Positions 29,668 to 39,399 of a stretch of DNA of 64,000 nt are shown piece after piece (position 1 is the first letter of the stretch; every line of letters starts with the position of its first letter). The stretch lies in IMG/VR virus record IMGVR_UViG_3300030012_002620; one strand, 5' to 3'. A program made the position numbers and the translations under genes. The notes under the pieces were generated by a model. The model had not been told where the DNA came from. It did not search any database and saw nothing but the letters and a program-made list of their open reading frames with translations. This DNA comes from an uncultured virus (IMG/VR IMGVR_UViG_3300030012_002620) (lineage: Duplodnaviria; Heunggongvirae; Uroviricota; Caudoviricetes; Crassvirales).

Positions 29668-30450
29668 TTATAACTTATTTACTAAATTTTGCATTACATC
29701 TAGCCCTACGTCTGTTTTAAAGAACATTCCTAGTGCGGAGTATGTGTTTTCTCCATAAGGAACAACTAAAACTTTTTCGCTTGGCTTATCTGCCCAAACA
29801 ACTGTTCTTCCGTCATCTTTAATAGATAACAAACCTTCTTCAACAGCTCTTACTGCTAAATTTCTAAGTTTCAAGTTTTCATCATTCAATAAATCTAAAA
29901 ACTCTTTTGGATTTTGTCTAGCATAAATAATCATATCTCTTCTTAATTCAGAAGATGTCATGTTACTTACATTTTTACCTTTGTTTACAACCCTAGCAAT
30001 AGCTTCTAAATCTGTGATATCTAAATCTTTTGCCGCTACCTGTGCGTCCAATGAAGAAGTAAGTGTTTCAACCTCTTCTCCTGCTGTCTTCTCAGCATCA
30101 AACTCATAAAACTTACCATTAAACTCTGGATGTAGATATAAAAATTTAGCAAGGTTTGTATTATATTCTTCTACGATTAATTTACCATTTTCAAATATAA
30201 TTGGTTCAACTGTTGCTAAACCATCTTGCTCATCCACAAATGGAGATATTTGATTAGTAGCCCACCTAAGAGCTCTATTCATTTGTCCATCAAAATGTGT
30301 TAACGGTTTTGTATTAGAGTGTTTTACTGGTAACATATACCTTAACGGTGTTCTGTTTCCACTTAAAATAAATATTCTAGTTTTTACTTCTAGTTGCGGA
30401 AATACAGATTCGTATCCGCTTTTACGTGTAGTAGTTTTACTTTTTGCCAT
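29668..30450 (-). CDS. Hypothetical protein downstream of the major capsid gene
   Basis: 260 aa ORF flanked by terminators. Confidence 0.75.
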   Translation of the reverse strand: MAKSKTTTRKSGYESVFPQLEVKTRIFILSGNRTPLRYMLPVKHSNTKPLTHFDGQMNRALRWATNQISPFVDEQDGLATVEPIIFENGKLIVEEYNTNLAKFLYLHPEFNGKFYEFDAEKTAGEEVETLTSSLDAQVAAKDLDITDLEAIARVVNKGKNVSNMTSSELRRDMIIYARQNPKEFLDLLNDENLKLRNLAVRAVEEGLLSIKDDGRTVVWADKPSEKVLVVPYGENTYSALGMFFKTDVGLDVMQNLVNKL

Positions 30451-30472
30451 TTTATTAAAATTAAATTAAATT

Positions 30473-30510
30473 AAAAAAAAGAGAATAGGGAGCCGTAGCT
30501 CCCTTCTCTC
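30473..30510 (-). terminator. Intrinsic terminator after the capsid gene
   Basis: AGGGAGC-loop-GCTCCCT stem with extension, then T8 on the - strand. Confidence 0.8.
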
Positions 30511-30518
30511 ATTAAATA

Positions 30519-31907
30519 TTACTGCATTAAGATGAAGTTATTAGCTCCCATAACGCATAATGCTCTTTCTGATAAGAAATGAACTTGCATTGCATCAAGA
30601 TCACTGCTCATACCAGCTGAACCAGCTGAACCTGTTACCCAAGACTTATACTTTCTATCTTCAGATGCAGATTGTCTGTATCTTACGTGTAAGAAAGGTC
30701 TTTGAGCGTTTTGACCAAGAACTTGATCATAAACAGTCATAGTACCTGCAGGGACAATGATACCATCAACACCACCTAGTTTTCCTCTAGTTGTAGCGTC
30801 GTTTAAGTATTTCCAGTCACTCTTATAGAAATCATATCCTATTCTAAAGCCAGTAAATCCAAGATTTAATGCCATGTCTTCGTCGTTGTCAAATAGACCG
30901 TAAGAACTAGTTGAAGCTCCACTATTGTTTTGAGCTGCTAATACTTTGTCAATATCGAATCCAGTTGATCTGTTTACGAAGATTACATTTTCTTGAATTG
31001 CACCTTCTTTGTCTAAAACTTTTGCAATGTCCTCTAGGTCTTGTCTTGCGTCAATTGTACCTGAAGAAACGTTACCGTTGTTTTCTACTTCATAGAAAAG
31101 ACCTTTAGTACCTTTGAAAAGACTAGATGCAGCAGCTGAACCTGACGCAGCAGGAACACCTTCTACCATAGATAATTCTAGGTAATCTTCAAATCTTAAT
31201 CTACTTTCATGCTCTGATTTTAAATACCAAAGGTATCCAGAAGCTCCATTTTCTGTAGTTACTTCAACCCAGCCAATGTGAGCCATTTCAGAACCTGATA
31301 CTTCATATTTTTCTTTGATAATGATAGGGTTGTTTTCTTTCGCAACGAAATCAGCCTCATAAGAACCTGACATTCCGTTTGTACCCTTTTTGAATTCAGA
31401 ACCATAAACAAACATACTTACTGCATCACTAGCAGAAAATCCACCAGATGCAACAAGAGTTGCTAAATTAAAACATTTAACATCAATAGCATCAGCTGCA
31501 GAAGCATCAGTTACAATTGCATGTAACGTAGGTCCTGTACCGTCTGTTTTTTTGATGATAATAGTTTGATTGTTTCTAAACTGATGTCCAGTTACAGCGA
31601 TAGTATCACCATCTGTGATAGTACCTGAAGCTTGGATATGCAGTCTTCCTTGCTCACTCCACTTAATTAAGTCAGAAGTACAAGGGATCTCAGCTGATAC
31701 CATTCTTAAGAAAGAAGCTACAGATCTATTTCCGTATTTTTCAAACTCCTTTTCATAAAGGTCTGGTAAGTACTGCTGAGCAAATGTGTAATCACTACTG
31801 CCTAGGTAAGAGGTGTTTTGCAACGCCTTGCCTGGTGCAGGAGTTAATGAAGTAGATCCGCCAACTCCTGAGGATCCACCTGCGTCAAAATTAATACTTT
31901 GTGCCAT
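30519..31907 (-). CDS. Major capsid protein
   Basis: 462 aa after portal and scaffold; QQYLPDLYEKE..YGNR..WSEQGRLH motif; strong terminator downstream. Confidence 0.85.
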   Translation of the reverse strand: MAQSINFDAGGSSGVGGSTSLTPAPGKALQNTSYLGSSDYTFAQQYLPDLYEKEFEKYGNRSVASFLRMVSAEIPCTSDLIKWSEQGRLHIQASGTITDGDTIAVTGHQFRNNQTIIIKKTDGTGPTLHAIVTDASAADAIDVKCFNLATLVASGGFSASDAVSMFVYGSEFKKGTNGMSGSYEADFVAKENNPIIIKEKYEVSGSEMAHIGWVEVTTENGASGYLWYLKSEHESRLRFEDYLELSMVEGVPAASGSAAASSLFKGTKGLFYEVENNGNVSSGTIDARQDLEDIAKVLDKEGAIQENVIFVNRSTGFDIDKVLAAQNNSGASTSSYGLFDNDEDMALNLGFTGFRIGYDFYKSDWKYLNDATTRGKLGGVDGIIVPAGTMTVYDQVLGQNAQRPFLHVRYRQSASEDRKYKSWVTGSAGSAGMSSDLDAMQVHFLSERALCVMGANNFILMQ

Positions 31908-31932
31908 TTTTAATAATTTTTAAAATTTAAAC

Positions 31933-33102
31933 TTACTTTTTACTTTTTATTTTCAATCCACGACCAAAATCATTTGTGTCTTGCAACACTCTAAACTTGG
32001 GTCCTGGGGTAGATGTGTCTACATTAGTACGAACATTCATGTTGACGTTTTTTCCATCTCTAACTACATCATTCACCGCATCTGCTTTGCCTTGCTCGTA
32101 AAAGAACTTAGCATAACCTAACGGGTTCATAGCCATAGATAAAGCAGTATGATAGTCTTTTGCATTTACTAAGTTGCCATCGTCATCAAGATACTTGTTT
32201 ATAAAGTTTCCTAAGTCTGATTGAGCATTAACAGTTTCTTCAACATTTTTTGGTTTGTAAGTTAATTTTTTGTCACCTACATTGAATTCAAAACCTTTGA
32301 ACTCTTCGTTGAAATACTTTTTAGTATTGTTTGTAAAAAACTCTCTACGCTTATCGTCAATCGCTTGCGCTTTTGTCGACTCATCATTGTATTGCTTATA
32401 AAAATCTAAAGCTTTCTTATAATCCTCAGGAACATTCTCGGCACTTGACTCAAGAGGAGTATGGTATTTTTCCCTTATATTACTAAAGTAATCTTTAGCC
32501 TTCTGCAATTCTTTTTTCATCGCTAGAGCTTTACTCTTTTTAGACCTATCCTCTTCATCTTCAGATACACCATAAGTGTCCTCAAGATAAAATTCAATGT
32601 CCTCATCAGAGTATTCAGGATTTGTCTGAGCAAGATAATTTCCTATTAAAGAAATATCATCCATTTCATCAAAATTCTGTTGCGCTGCTACGAAGTCTGC
32701 TAAACCTCTTTTTGTATCTTTATTATACTCAAGATATTTAATAACCTCTTCAGGCAACTCTAACTGGTTCTCATTATTTTTAAGAACGTCTTTTAATTGA
32801 CTTTCGTCAATATTATAAGTGGACGCTAAATAGTCCTTTATAATACTTTCTTTATCAGTTAGCTCATCAGATTTTTCACTGATTTCTGGAGCTTCCTGCT
32901 TCTCTTGAACAACCTCTTCTTTTTCTTCTTTCTTTTCCTCTTTAGGCTCTTCAACAATTTCTTTTTCCTCTACTACAGCTTCTTCTTTTTCAGCGACTTC
33001 TTCTTTAGCTGCAGTTTTCTTTTCTTGATGCTCCTTTTGAATTTCTTCAGGAGACTTACTCATGTCTACTTTGAAGTCTACTTCTTCTTTGTTTTTATTC
33101 AT
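31933..33102 (-). CDS. Putative capsid scaffolding protein
   Basis: Acidic E/K-rich coiled-coil protein between portal and capsid genes. Confidence 0.7.
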   Translation of the reverse strand: MNKNKEEVDFKVDMSKSPEEIQKEHQEKKTAAKEEVAEKEEAVVEEKEIVEEPKEEKKEEKEEVVQEKQEAPEISEKSDELTDKESIIKDYLASTYNIDESQLKDVLKNNENQLELPEEVIKYLEYNKDTKRGLADFVAAQQNFDEMDDISLIGNYLAQTNPEYSDEDIEFYLEDTYGVSEDEEDRSKKSKALAMKKELQKAKDYFSNIREKYHTPLESSAENVPEDYKKALDFYKQYNDESTKAQAIDDKRREFFTNNTKKYFNEEFKGFEFNVGDKKLTYKPKNVEETVNAQSDLGNFINKYLDDDGNLVNAKDYHTALSMAMNPLGYAKFFYEQGKADAVNDVVRDGKNVNMNVRTNVDTSTPGPKFRVLQDTNDFGRGLKIKSKK

Positions 33103-33126
33103 AATTGATTAAATTAAATTTTTATA

Positions 33127-33134
33127 CAAATTTA
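33127..33134 (-). promoter_or_regulatory. TAnnTTTG promoter element
   Basis: TAAATTTG upstream of scaffold/capsid. Confidence 0.65.
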
Positions 33135-33144
33135 TATAAAATTT

Positions 33145-35760
33145 TTACACGTTTTTGCCACCCTGCATTTTAGACATTATTGCATCTAGCATTCCTGCAT
33201 CTTGTTGAGGTGATGCTGGTGCCTGAGGCATAGGGGGTTGTCCTGGCATGGCTTGTGGATTTTGTATTGGAAGTTGTGGTTGTTGTGGTTGCATCATAGC
33301 TGGCATAGACGCAGGACTTTCTGGTTGTCTACCAAAGAATCCTCCTCCTGCGCTTTTCATTTGATCATATTGTGTTTTCGCAGATGAATCAAATTTACGT
33401 GGAGCTGTATTGCCTTTTCTTTGTGCTATTAACTGACTCTGTTGAGTAGCTTGCAATTCTGTTCTTTTATCTTTTCTATCTTCTCTAGCTGTCTCTCTAG
33501 ATTGTAAACCTTTTGACTCCATACCTTTCAACTGCATTTCGTACTCGTATTTCATCTTCATCATTTCTGCATCTATTTCTTTTTGTGCTTGAAGTTTTTG
33601 CATGTCTAACTGAGCTTTCAATTGTAGTAATTCAGCCTCTCCTTTTGTTTTAACTTGCTCTTCTTGCATTTTACTCTGTGATGCAGCTTGTGCCGCTTGT
33701 TGGTTTGCTTGAGATTGTAGTTTAATGTTGTTTGCTTTTTTCTTTTCGTCAGATTGTTCTTTTCTCTTTTTTCTAATTTTTAAAAGTTGATTAGCTAAAG
33801 TTGCATTTTTAACCTCTCTGACATCTATAGCGTCTGATAAATCTATCATTTTTGCAGCAATAGCTTGCTGTATATTTTGTTCTAGTTTAGCTTTTTCTTC
33901 TTCATCTGGTTCTAATTCTATAAATATTCCAAAATCATGTAAATGCATTTCAGCTAATTCCTGCATCATTTCAAAATTGTTTTTACCTATCATCTGTGCA
34001 AAATCATTTGAAAAATCAGAATACATTAATATATCAGATACTCTATATGAAATAGCTTCACATAATCTTTTGGTTAATTGAACTCCAGATAATAACACAT
34101 GTCTTGTAGCAGTATTACTGTTCAGCGCAGCTAGTTTTTGTAAACCAACTAAAGCATTAGAGTCTGGCATACTTCCATCTCTTGCTTCATTAATACCAGT
34201 TACTGAACGTATCATATTAAGCTGATAATTATACATAGATATCAAGCTTTGTATTTTTGCATTTGAACCACTACTAGTTAGTTCTTGTATAGGTACTCTT
34301 GCATTATTAAACTCTCCATCTTCTGTAAAGCTTCTACCTATAACAGAACCCGTTTGGAAATACATTGATAAAGCTTCTGATGGATTGTATGATGCTCCAT
34401 TACCTAAATCTACACTATTTAAACCATCTGCATCTATAAATACACCATCTGGTATCATTTTAGAAACAACTTGTTGTAGTTTTAAATGAACTAATTGTAT
34501 TTGATCTGCAAAAGGAATCATTCTTTTAACTAAAGAATCAATATGTCCTTTATCCATTTTAATAGCAGATACTAAGTATGGTGGCAATGAACGTTGAAAA
34601 GCAGACTTTGGTCTAACTTGGTTTTGCATTAATTCCCATTTTAAGAGTCTATTGGTTCCTAAAACCATAACACCTTCATACCATACATCAATACGTCTTG
34701 CTACTTTCTGGAATCTTGCTTTCTCTGTAGCTGGTGGATTAAATCCAGATTCTTTTTTAAGTGCTTTTTCTCCACCATTGACTGTAGATTTAACTTTATA
34801 TATAATCTCTTTATCTGTCTTATAACAGAAATACAATAAAGAAACATTTGATTTATCTAAACCACTATTAGTCTGTAAGTTAATTGTACTTCTATATCCA
34901 TCATGTCTTCCAGCTAACTTTGTAATTTCCTCTATTTCTTCTTGTGTAAGATTAGGATTTATCTTTTTTATTTCTCCTATGTGTACAGATTTTACTTCTC
35001 CAAAATAATAACAATCTCTAAAGCTTGGGTCTTCCGTCTGTGAGTAAACTAAATTTATTGGGTCTACATACTCTACCTTAACACCTTCATTACTGTTGAA
35101 TGAGTGTTTTACTGCTGATATTCCTAAGACAACATTATCTTCATCTACTCTTCTTTTTATCTCATCGTAATTATTAATTTCCAATAAAGTTTCTAATGCT
35201 GTTTCTTGCGCTACTTCAACTCCTTGCTTGTAACTCAACTGCATATATATGTTTAATTCTTCTGGCGTTTGAGGTACTTCATCCTGAGGAAAGTTATATG
35301 CGTCCACACCAGTTCCTTCTTTTATAATATCTAAAACAGGAGCAGCTAACATATCTGCTTCTAAATCTCTTCTAAAACTTTCTCTTTGGATACTTGAAAC
35401 TTGATCTACAGCTTCTACATCTACTTTGAATAATCTGTTAGATATACCATTAACAACTATATCCACAAACTTTGGAATAATAGGAACAGGAGTCCAATCT
35501 AAATTAAGATATGATAAGTCTCCATTAATTGCTAATTCATTTTTATACTTTTCTATTGGTTGTTTACCTCTAGCGTATAATCTCCTATTTAAATATTCAG
35601 AGCGTATTTCACCGTATAGTGAACTTCCGTATTCTCTTGAAAACCATTCTGACTCAATAGCTTGTCCTACTCTCAACCCATATTCGTAGGTTGATTTTTC
35701 TTCATCTGGTACAAATTGATTAGGGAAACCGCCTCCTCCACTATATTTGTTTTTTGCCAT
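33145..35760 (-). CDS. Portal protein
   Basis: 871 aa after TerL; SYLNLDWTPVPIIPKFVDIVVNG motif; long Q/K-rich coiled-coil C-terminus. Confidence 0.88.
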   Translation of the reverse strand: MAKNKYSGGGGFPNQFVPDEEKSTYEYGLRVGQAIESEWFSREYGSSLYGEIRSEYLNRRLYARGKQPIEKYKNELAINGDLSYLNLDWTPVPIIPKFVDIVVNGISNRLFKVDVEAVDQVSSIQRESFRRDLEADMLAAPVLDIIKEGTGVDAYNFPQDEVPQTPEELNIYMQLSYKQGVEVAQETALETLLEINNYDEIKRRVDEDNVVLGISAVKHSFNSNEGVKVEYVDPINLVYSQTEDPSFRDCYYFGEVKSVHIGEIKKINPNLTQEEIEEITKLAGRHDGYRSTINLQTNSGLDKSNVSLLYFCYKTDKEIIYKVKSTVNGGEKALKKESGFNPPATEKARFQKVARRIDVWYEGVMVLGTNRLLKWELMQNQVRPKSAFQRSLPPYLVSAIKMDKGHIDSLVKRMIPFADQIQLVHLKLQQVVSKMIPDGVFIDADGLNSVDLGNGASYNPSEALSMYFQTGSVIGRSFTEDGEFNNARVPIQELTSSGSNAKIQSLISMYNYQLNMIRSVTGINEARDGSMPDSNALVGLQKLAALNSNTATRHVLLSGVQLTKRLCEAISYRVSDILMYSDFSNDFAQMIGKNNFEMMQELAEMHLHDFGIFIELEPDEEEKAKLEQNIQQAIAAKMIDLSDAIDVREVKNATLANQLLKIRKKRKEQSDEKKKANNIKLQSQANQQAAQAASQSKMQEEQVKTKGEAELLQLKAQLDMQKLQAQKEIDAEMMKMKYEYEMQLKGMESKGLQSRETAREDRKDKRTELQATQQSQLIAQRKGNTAPRKFDSSAKTQYDQMKSAGGGFFGRQPESPASMPAMMQPQQPQLPIQNPQAMPGQPPMPQAPASPQQDAGMLDAIMSKMQGGKNV

Positions 35761-35765
35761 AGTGT

Positions 35766-37991
35766 TTATGATATAATTTTACTAACAAATCCTTTATTGT
35801 TATATCTTGCAAAGTTAAGATTTATTTGATTATCTTTTTTGTGAACAACTTTTTGTGTAGAAAAGTTAGCCATAATAGCAAAACCTGAACTTACAGTAGC
35901 ATCGAAGCGTGTTCTATTATTAATATCGTAATTAGACCAATCTAAAAGAGTTCGATTAAAAAACATATTTCCACAAGACCCAAAATCAATATCATCATCA
36001 TTTGTTACAACTCCTACGTGGTTCTGAATATATGCTTCTATATACTCTGCATGAGCTGAAATTACAGCAGATGATGACGGAATACCACCTAATTCTTTTT
36101 CTGCCTTAGAAAGCACGTTTTTGTGTTTATCTGGCCTGTTTAATGAGAATGCTCTATATCCTCTTTCTTTTAAATAATATAAAAGTCTTGGTTTGTTATT
36201 TTCCACTAATATTGGCATACCATAAAAATGTAAAGCCATTAAAACATCCTCGTAGAAAATTTCTGCTGTTGGAGGTCTTGATATGTATTCTAAGAAAAAA
36301 GAGTTTGTAGGCCCTTCTTCTAAATGAAACTTAGTCATACCATGTAAAGAACCTTTAGAACCACTACCTTGTACAGTTCCAGATATATCATAAGAGTCAC
36401 ATCCAAAGCTTCCCAGGTGTGCATTGCCTGGTATTTTTCTAACTCCTTTATGTATTACGTTGTTAGCAAGCGATAAAGGCGGAGTCCAGCTAGTAAGAAA
36501 CCTACCATTATTATCAGGAACCCAAATAACTTCAGAATCTCTGACGCCGTTTTTCCAAACAAACGAACCTTTTGTAAGGTTTGTTTTGATAGCAAAAGAA
36601 TCATTGTAATCAATTTGTTCGTATATTTTTGTTAAGTTAAATATAGTGTTTTTAGATTCATCACGAAATGCATGTGACTCTGTTCTAGGGAATTGTCTAT
36701 AAAATTCATTTAAACCATCCTGGTCTTTTTTTAAACCTTCGACTTCATTTTCCCAATGGTTTATTACACCATTTTCTATTATGTCTCCATAAGGCCCATA
36801 AATTTCTTTTTCAGGATTGTCAAAAACAGGCATTCCATATTCATCTATAAAACCTTCATAGTTCCACTCCATAGGTATAAAAAACGAATATAATCCTGAG
36901 TTTGTTTGTCCATTTTTATTTCTTTCTAAAACATTAGAGTTTTCATAAAGCTTTTTAAAATTATCTCCTCCTTTGTCTAAAGCATTAGATGTAGAACCCA
37001 TCATACATTTACCTATGATTCTACTACCTAGTCTTAGTGTTGTTTTTGTAACTCTCCAGTTGTTTAATATATTGTCAGGTCTTTCCCATTTACCTGATTC
37101 ATCATGAACTAGTAGTTTTAATTTTTCTCCATCATAAGAGTTGTCTCCTGTGTTTTTCCAATCTATAGTGGTATCGAGTCCCGTGAGTTCCTCGGGTTTA
37201 TCGGTTGTGCTCGTGAGCTTCCTCCTTGTGAGTTTGGATGCTGGAACTCTATAGGCAAGTTCGGTCTTGGGTCTATCCATTCCATCCTGTATCGGTTTAA
37301 AAAAGAACGGATAATTGACCGATATTGGTACGACCTTATCTGTGAACATTTTTTTGGCATCAGCTCCAGATTTGGACAATATTCCGAATCGTGAATCGGA
37401 ACTAATTGTTGCTTGATTAACAACTTCTCCTGAGGCCATAAACGAAAATCCTGATCTACGGTTTTTAAGATAGCACATACCATAAGACCTTTCGTCAGCC
37501 TTACAGGCTTCCCAGAAAATGAAGAATAATCTATTTGCTTCCCTAAAGTCTGGGTTCCCGACATCAATCTTACTCCACTGCAAGTACATATAGTGAGTGC
37601 CAGTAATATAAGTAGCAACACCTTTATTATAAAACCAAAACCCCTGCTCTCTTTTAATAAATTCATCTTCTATATAATCTATATATTTATTTTTAAAATC
37701 TTCTGGATAGTCTCTCCAGTCAAATATTGTTTTTATTCTATTTAGTTCCTTTGGGTATGGAGTAACTTCCCATTTATTCTTTTCAAATCTATGTATTTTT
37801 TTTGGTTGTTTTGGTAAAGCTATCCTTAGGTTCTGTATTTGATATATATCACCAATCATGCCTGTTTTAGATATAACTACAACATCATACTCTTTATTAT
37901 ATCCGTATTTCCACTTTTTAGACTTGTTTAGTTTTTTAATAACATCAAAATCTATTGGAGTTACTTTAGCAAATAAACTTTGTTCATACAT
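35766..37991 (-). CDS. terL: Terminase large subunit
   Basis: Walker A-like KNRRSGFS, Walker B LLVHDESGK, MMGST coupling motif, nuclease GCDSYD, ENNK, FDA. Confidence 0.92.
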   Translation of the reverse strand: MYEQSLFAKVTPIDFDVIKKLNKSKKWKYGYNKEYDVVVISKTGMIGDIYQIQNLRIALPKQPKKIHRFEKNKWEVTPYPKELNRIKTIFDWRDYPEDFKNKYIDYIEDEFIKREQGFWFYNKGVATYITGTHYMYLQWSKIDVGNPDFREANRLFFIFWEACKADERSYGMCYLKNRRSGFSFMASGEVVNQATISSDSRFGILSKSGADAKKMFTDKVVPISVNYPFFFKPIQDGMDRPKTELAYRVPASKLTRRKLTSTTDKPEELTGLDTTIDWKNTGDNSYDGEKLKLLVHDESGKWERPDNILNNWRVTKTTLRLGSRIIGKCMMGSTSNALDKGGDNFKKLYENSNVLERNKNGQTNSGLYSFFIPMEWNYEGFIDEYGMPVFDNPEKEIYGPYGDIIENGVINHWENEVEGLKKDQDGLNEFYRQFPRTESHAFRDESKNTIFNLTKIYEQIDYNDSFAIKTNLTKGSFVWKNGVRDSEVIWVPDNNGRFLTSWTPPLSLANNVIHKGVRKIPGNAHLGSFGCDSYDISGTVQGSGSKGSLHGMTKFHLEEGPTNSFFLEYISRPPTAEIFYEDVLMALHFYGMPILVENNKPRLLYYLKERGYRAFSLNRPDKHKNVLSKAEKELGGIPSSSAVISAHAEYIEAYIQNHVGVVTNDDDIDFGSCGNMFFNRTLLDWSNYDINNRTRFDATVSSGFAIMANFSTQKVVHKKDNQINLNFARYNNKGFVSKIIS
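35810..35817 (-). promoter_or_regulatory. TAnnTTTG promoter element inside the 3' end of terL
   Basis: TAACTTTG about 50 nt upstream of the portal start. Confidence 0.4.
37163..37666 (-). CDS. Putative lipoprotein overprinted in the +1 frame of terL
   Basis: ATG start, signal peptide MNLLKESRGFGFIIKVLLLILLALTICTC-S, 167 open codons, local terL codon shift that avoids +1 stops. Confidence 0.6.
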   Translation of the reverse strand: MNLLKESRGFGFIIKVLLLILLALTICTCSGVRLMSGTQTLGKQIDYSSFSGKPVRLTKGLMVCAILKTVDQDFRLWPQEKLLIKQQLVPIHDSEYCPNLELMPKKCSQIRSYQYRSIIRSFLNRYRMEWIDPRPNLPIEFQHPNSQGGSSRAQPINPRNSRDSIPL

Positions 37992-38272
37992 TATTTTGAT
38001 CTTCTTTCTGCAAACCCTGAAAAAGCTTTTTTCTTTTCTTCTTTCGGCTTTCCTTCTATCATAGCTTTTTCTTCTTCAATACGATTTAGTATTTCAAACG
38101 CATCAAATATTGCAAGTTTTTTTGTTGCAGCTGCATTCTTTAATCTATCTGCTGCTAATTCATCATCAGGGTCTGGTTTTATTATTTCTTCCTCAGCAAC
38201 CTTAATAAGTTCTTTTACAGCTTCATGACCAGCCTTTATAATTCTTTCTTTAATTTCATTTACGCTTTTCAT
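37991..38272 (-). CDS. Probable terminase small subunit
   Basis: 93 aa helical protein with a TAATG overlap onto terL. Confidence 0.55.
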   Translation of the reverse strand: MKSVNEIKERIIKAGHEAVKELIKVAEEEIIKPDPDDELAADRLKNAAATKKLAIFDAFEILNRIEEEKAMIEGKPKEEKKKAFSGFAERRSK

Positions 38273-38610
38273 TTTATATGGTCTTTTGGATCTCTGTTCC
38301 TATTATATTGTTCTTTAAACCAATTGTCATTATCTCTTTCTAATTCTTTTTGTAGGTTGGCTAAGGCGCGCCACGCAACCTTTGCGGAATGGCGCTGTCC
38401 ATCATCGTCTATCTTTCCAGCGTCTATCAAATGCCTAGCCAATGCATCTAATTCATCTGTTGATTTTTTTCTATCCCAATGTAAAGGTTTGTCTGGATGA
38501 TGCTGTTGATTACCCGCTAAAGATACTCTTGCTACCTCCATTATTGCATCAGGAAAATATTTTAAAACACCTGTATACACTGGTGTATCTTTTCTTTCTT
38601 TTGCTTTCAT
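38269..38610 (-). CDS. dATP/dGTP diphosphohydrolase-like protein (DUF5664)
   Basis: FPDAIMEVARVS..G..H..W..S..DALARHL..D.DG..H.AKVAWRAL pattern. Confidence 0.7.
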   Translation of the reverse strand: MKAKERKDTPVYTGVLKYFPDAIMEVARVSLAGNQQHHPDKPLHWDRKKSTDELDALARHLIDAGKIDDDGQRHSAKVAWRALANLQKELERDNDNWFKEQYNRNRDPKDHIK

Positions 38611-38614
38611 AAAG

Positions 38615-39175
38615 TTAATTTAAAATTGTACATATATCTCTTGTCATCATTCTGTATAGTTTTTCATTATTAATTTCAAACTCATACTCACTGTCTTTTC
38701 TAAAATTAACCTTACTTCCTTCTTCTACTCCAAGCTCCTTTAGTTTTTTGTTTGAATATATAACTACACCTGTATTTTCTTCTAAACCCTCTTGGTGTAA
38801 ATATTTGTTTTCTAATTCCATAGGTTTTACAAAACAATAATTATCTACTGAACGCCACTTATTTCCATCGTGATATAAATAAAATTGATATGGATCTATT
38901 ATGTATATGTCCCCTTTAAAATAATTAGGAGACTTCCTTGGTCTACCTTTCATGTCATAATATATTCTAAATACATTATGATGAACAACCAACGTGTCTC
39001 CTTTCTTTATTTCTCCTTTGTAGTGTGATGGGGTTTCTATAACCTCTGCAAACCTATTGACATGCATATGGTTTGATAAATCGCTGTTCACAATCATTTT
39101 CTGACCAGCAAGCTCTATTTCGTTATTGTAATGTGTTCCTTTGGCTTTTATTAAAAAATAAAAAGGGGATTTCAT
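38615..39175 (-). CDS. Tandem GroES-like domain protein
   Basis: Two GroES-like halves: AEVIETP..IKKGDTLVV and FVKP..TGVVIY..VEEGSKVNF..EFEINNEKLYRM..DI. Confidence 0.6.
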   Translation of the reverse strand: MKSPFYFLIKAKGTHYNNEIELAGQKMIVNSDLSNHMHVNRFAEVIETPSHYKGEIKKGDTLVVHHNVFRIYYDMKGRPRKSPNYFKGDIYIIDPYQFYLYHDGNKWRSVDNYCFVKPMELENKYLHQEGLEENTGVVIYSNKKLKELGVEEGSKVNFRKDSEYEFEINNEKLYRMMTRDICTILN

Positions 39176-39399
39176 TAGAAGTCTATATTAAACTCTATAG
39201 ACGCGGGCATGTTTTTGTTAAACTCTTTCCATTGCTTCACTTCATCACCTCTTTGAATATATATAACATAAGACTCTTTCTTTTTGTCAAATTCAATTAA
39301 ATGAATAACATAAGTAGAATTCAATACACTTTGTCCTACAATATAATGCATTGAACTACCCTTATAGTCCGCTCCTATGGATATTTTACGAATTAACAT
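39175..39399 (-). CDS. Hypothetical protein
   Basis: 74 aa, coupled to both neighbours. Confidence 0.7.
   Translation of the reverse strand: MLIRKISIGADYKGSSMHYIVGQSVLNSTYVIHLIEFDKKKESYVIYIQRGDEVKQWKEFNKNMPASIEFNIDF

Noticed and set aside
38353..38380. GC-rich AGGTTG..GGCGCGCC..CAACCT inverted repeat upstream of terS (possible pac site)
   Set aside because: Can be explained by the encoded KVAWRALANL peptide; no independent support.
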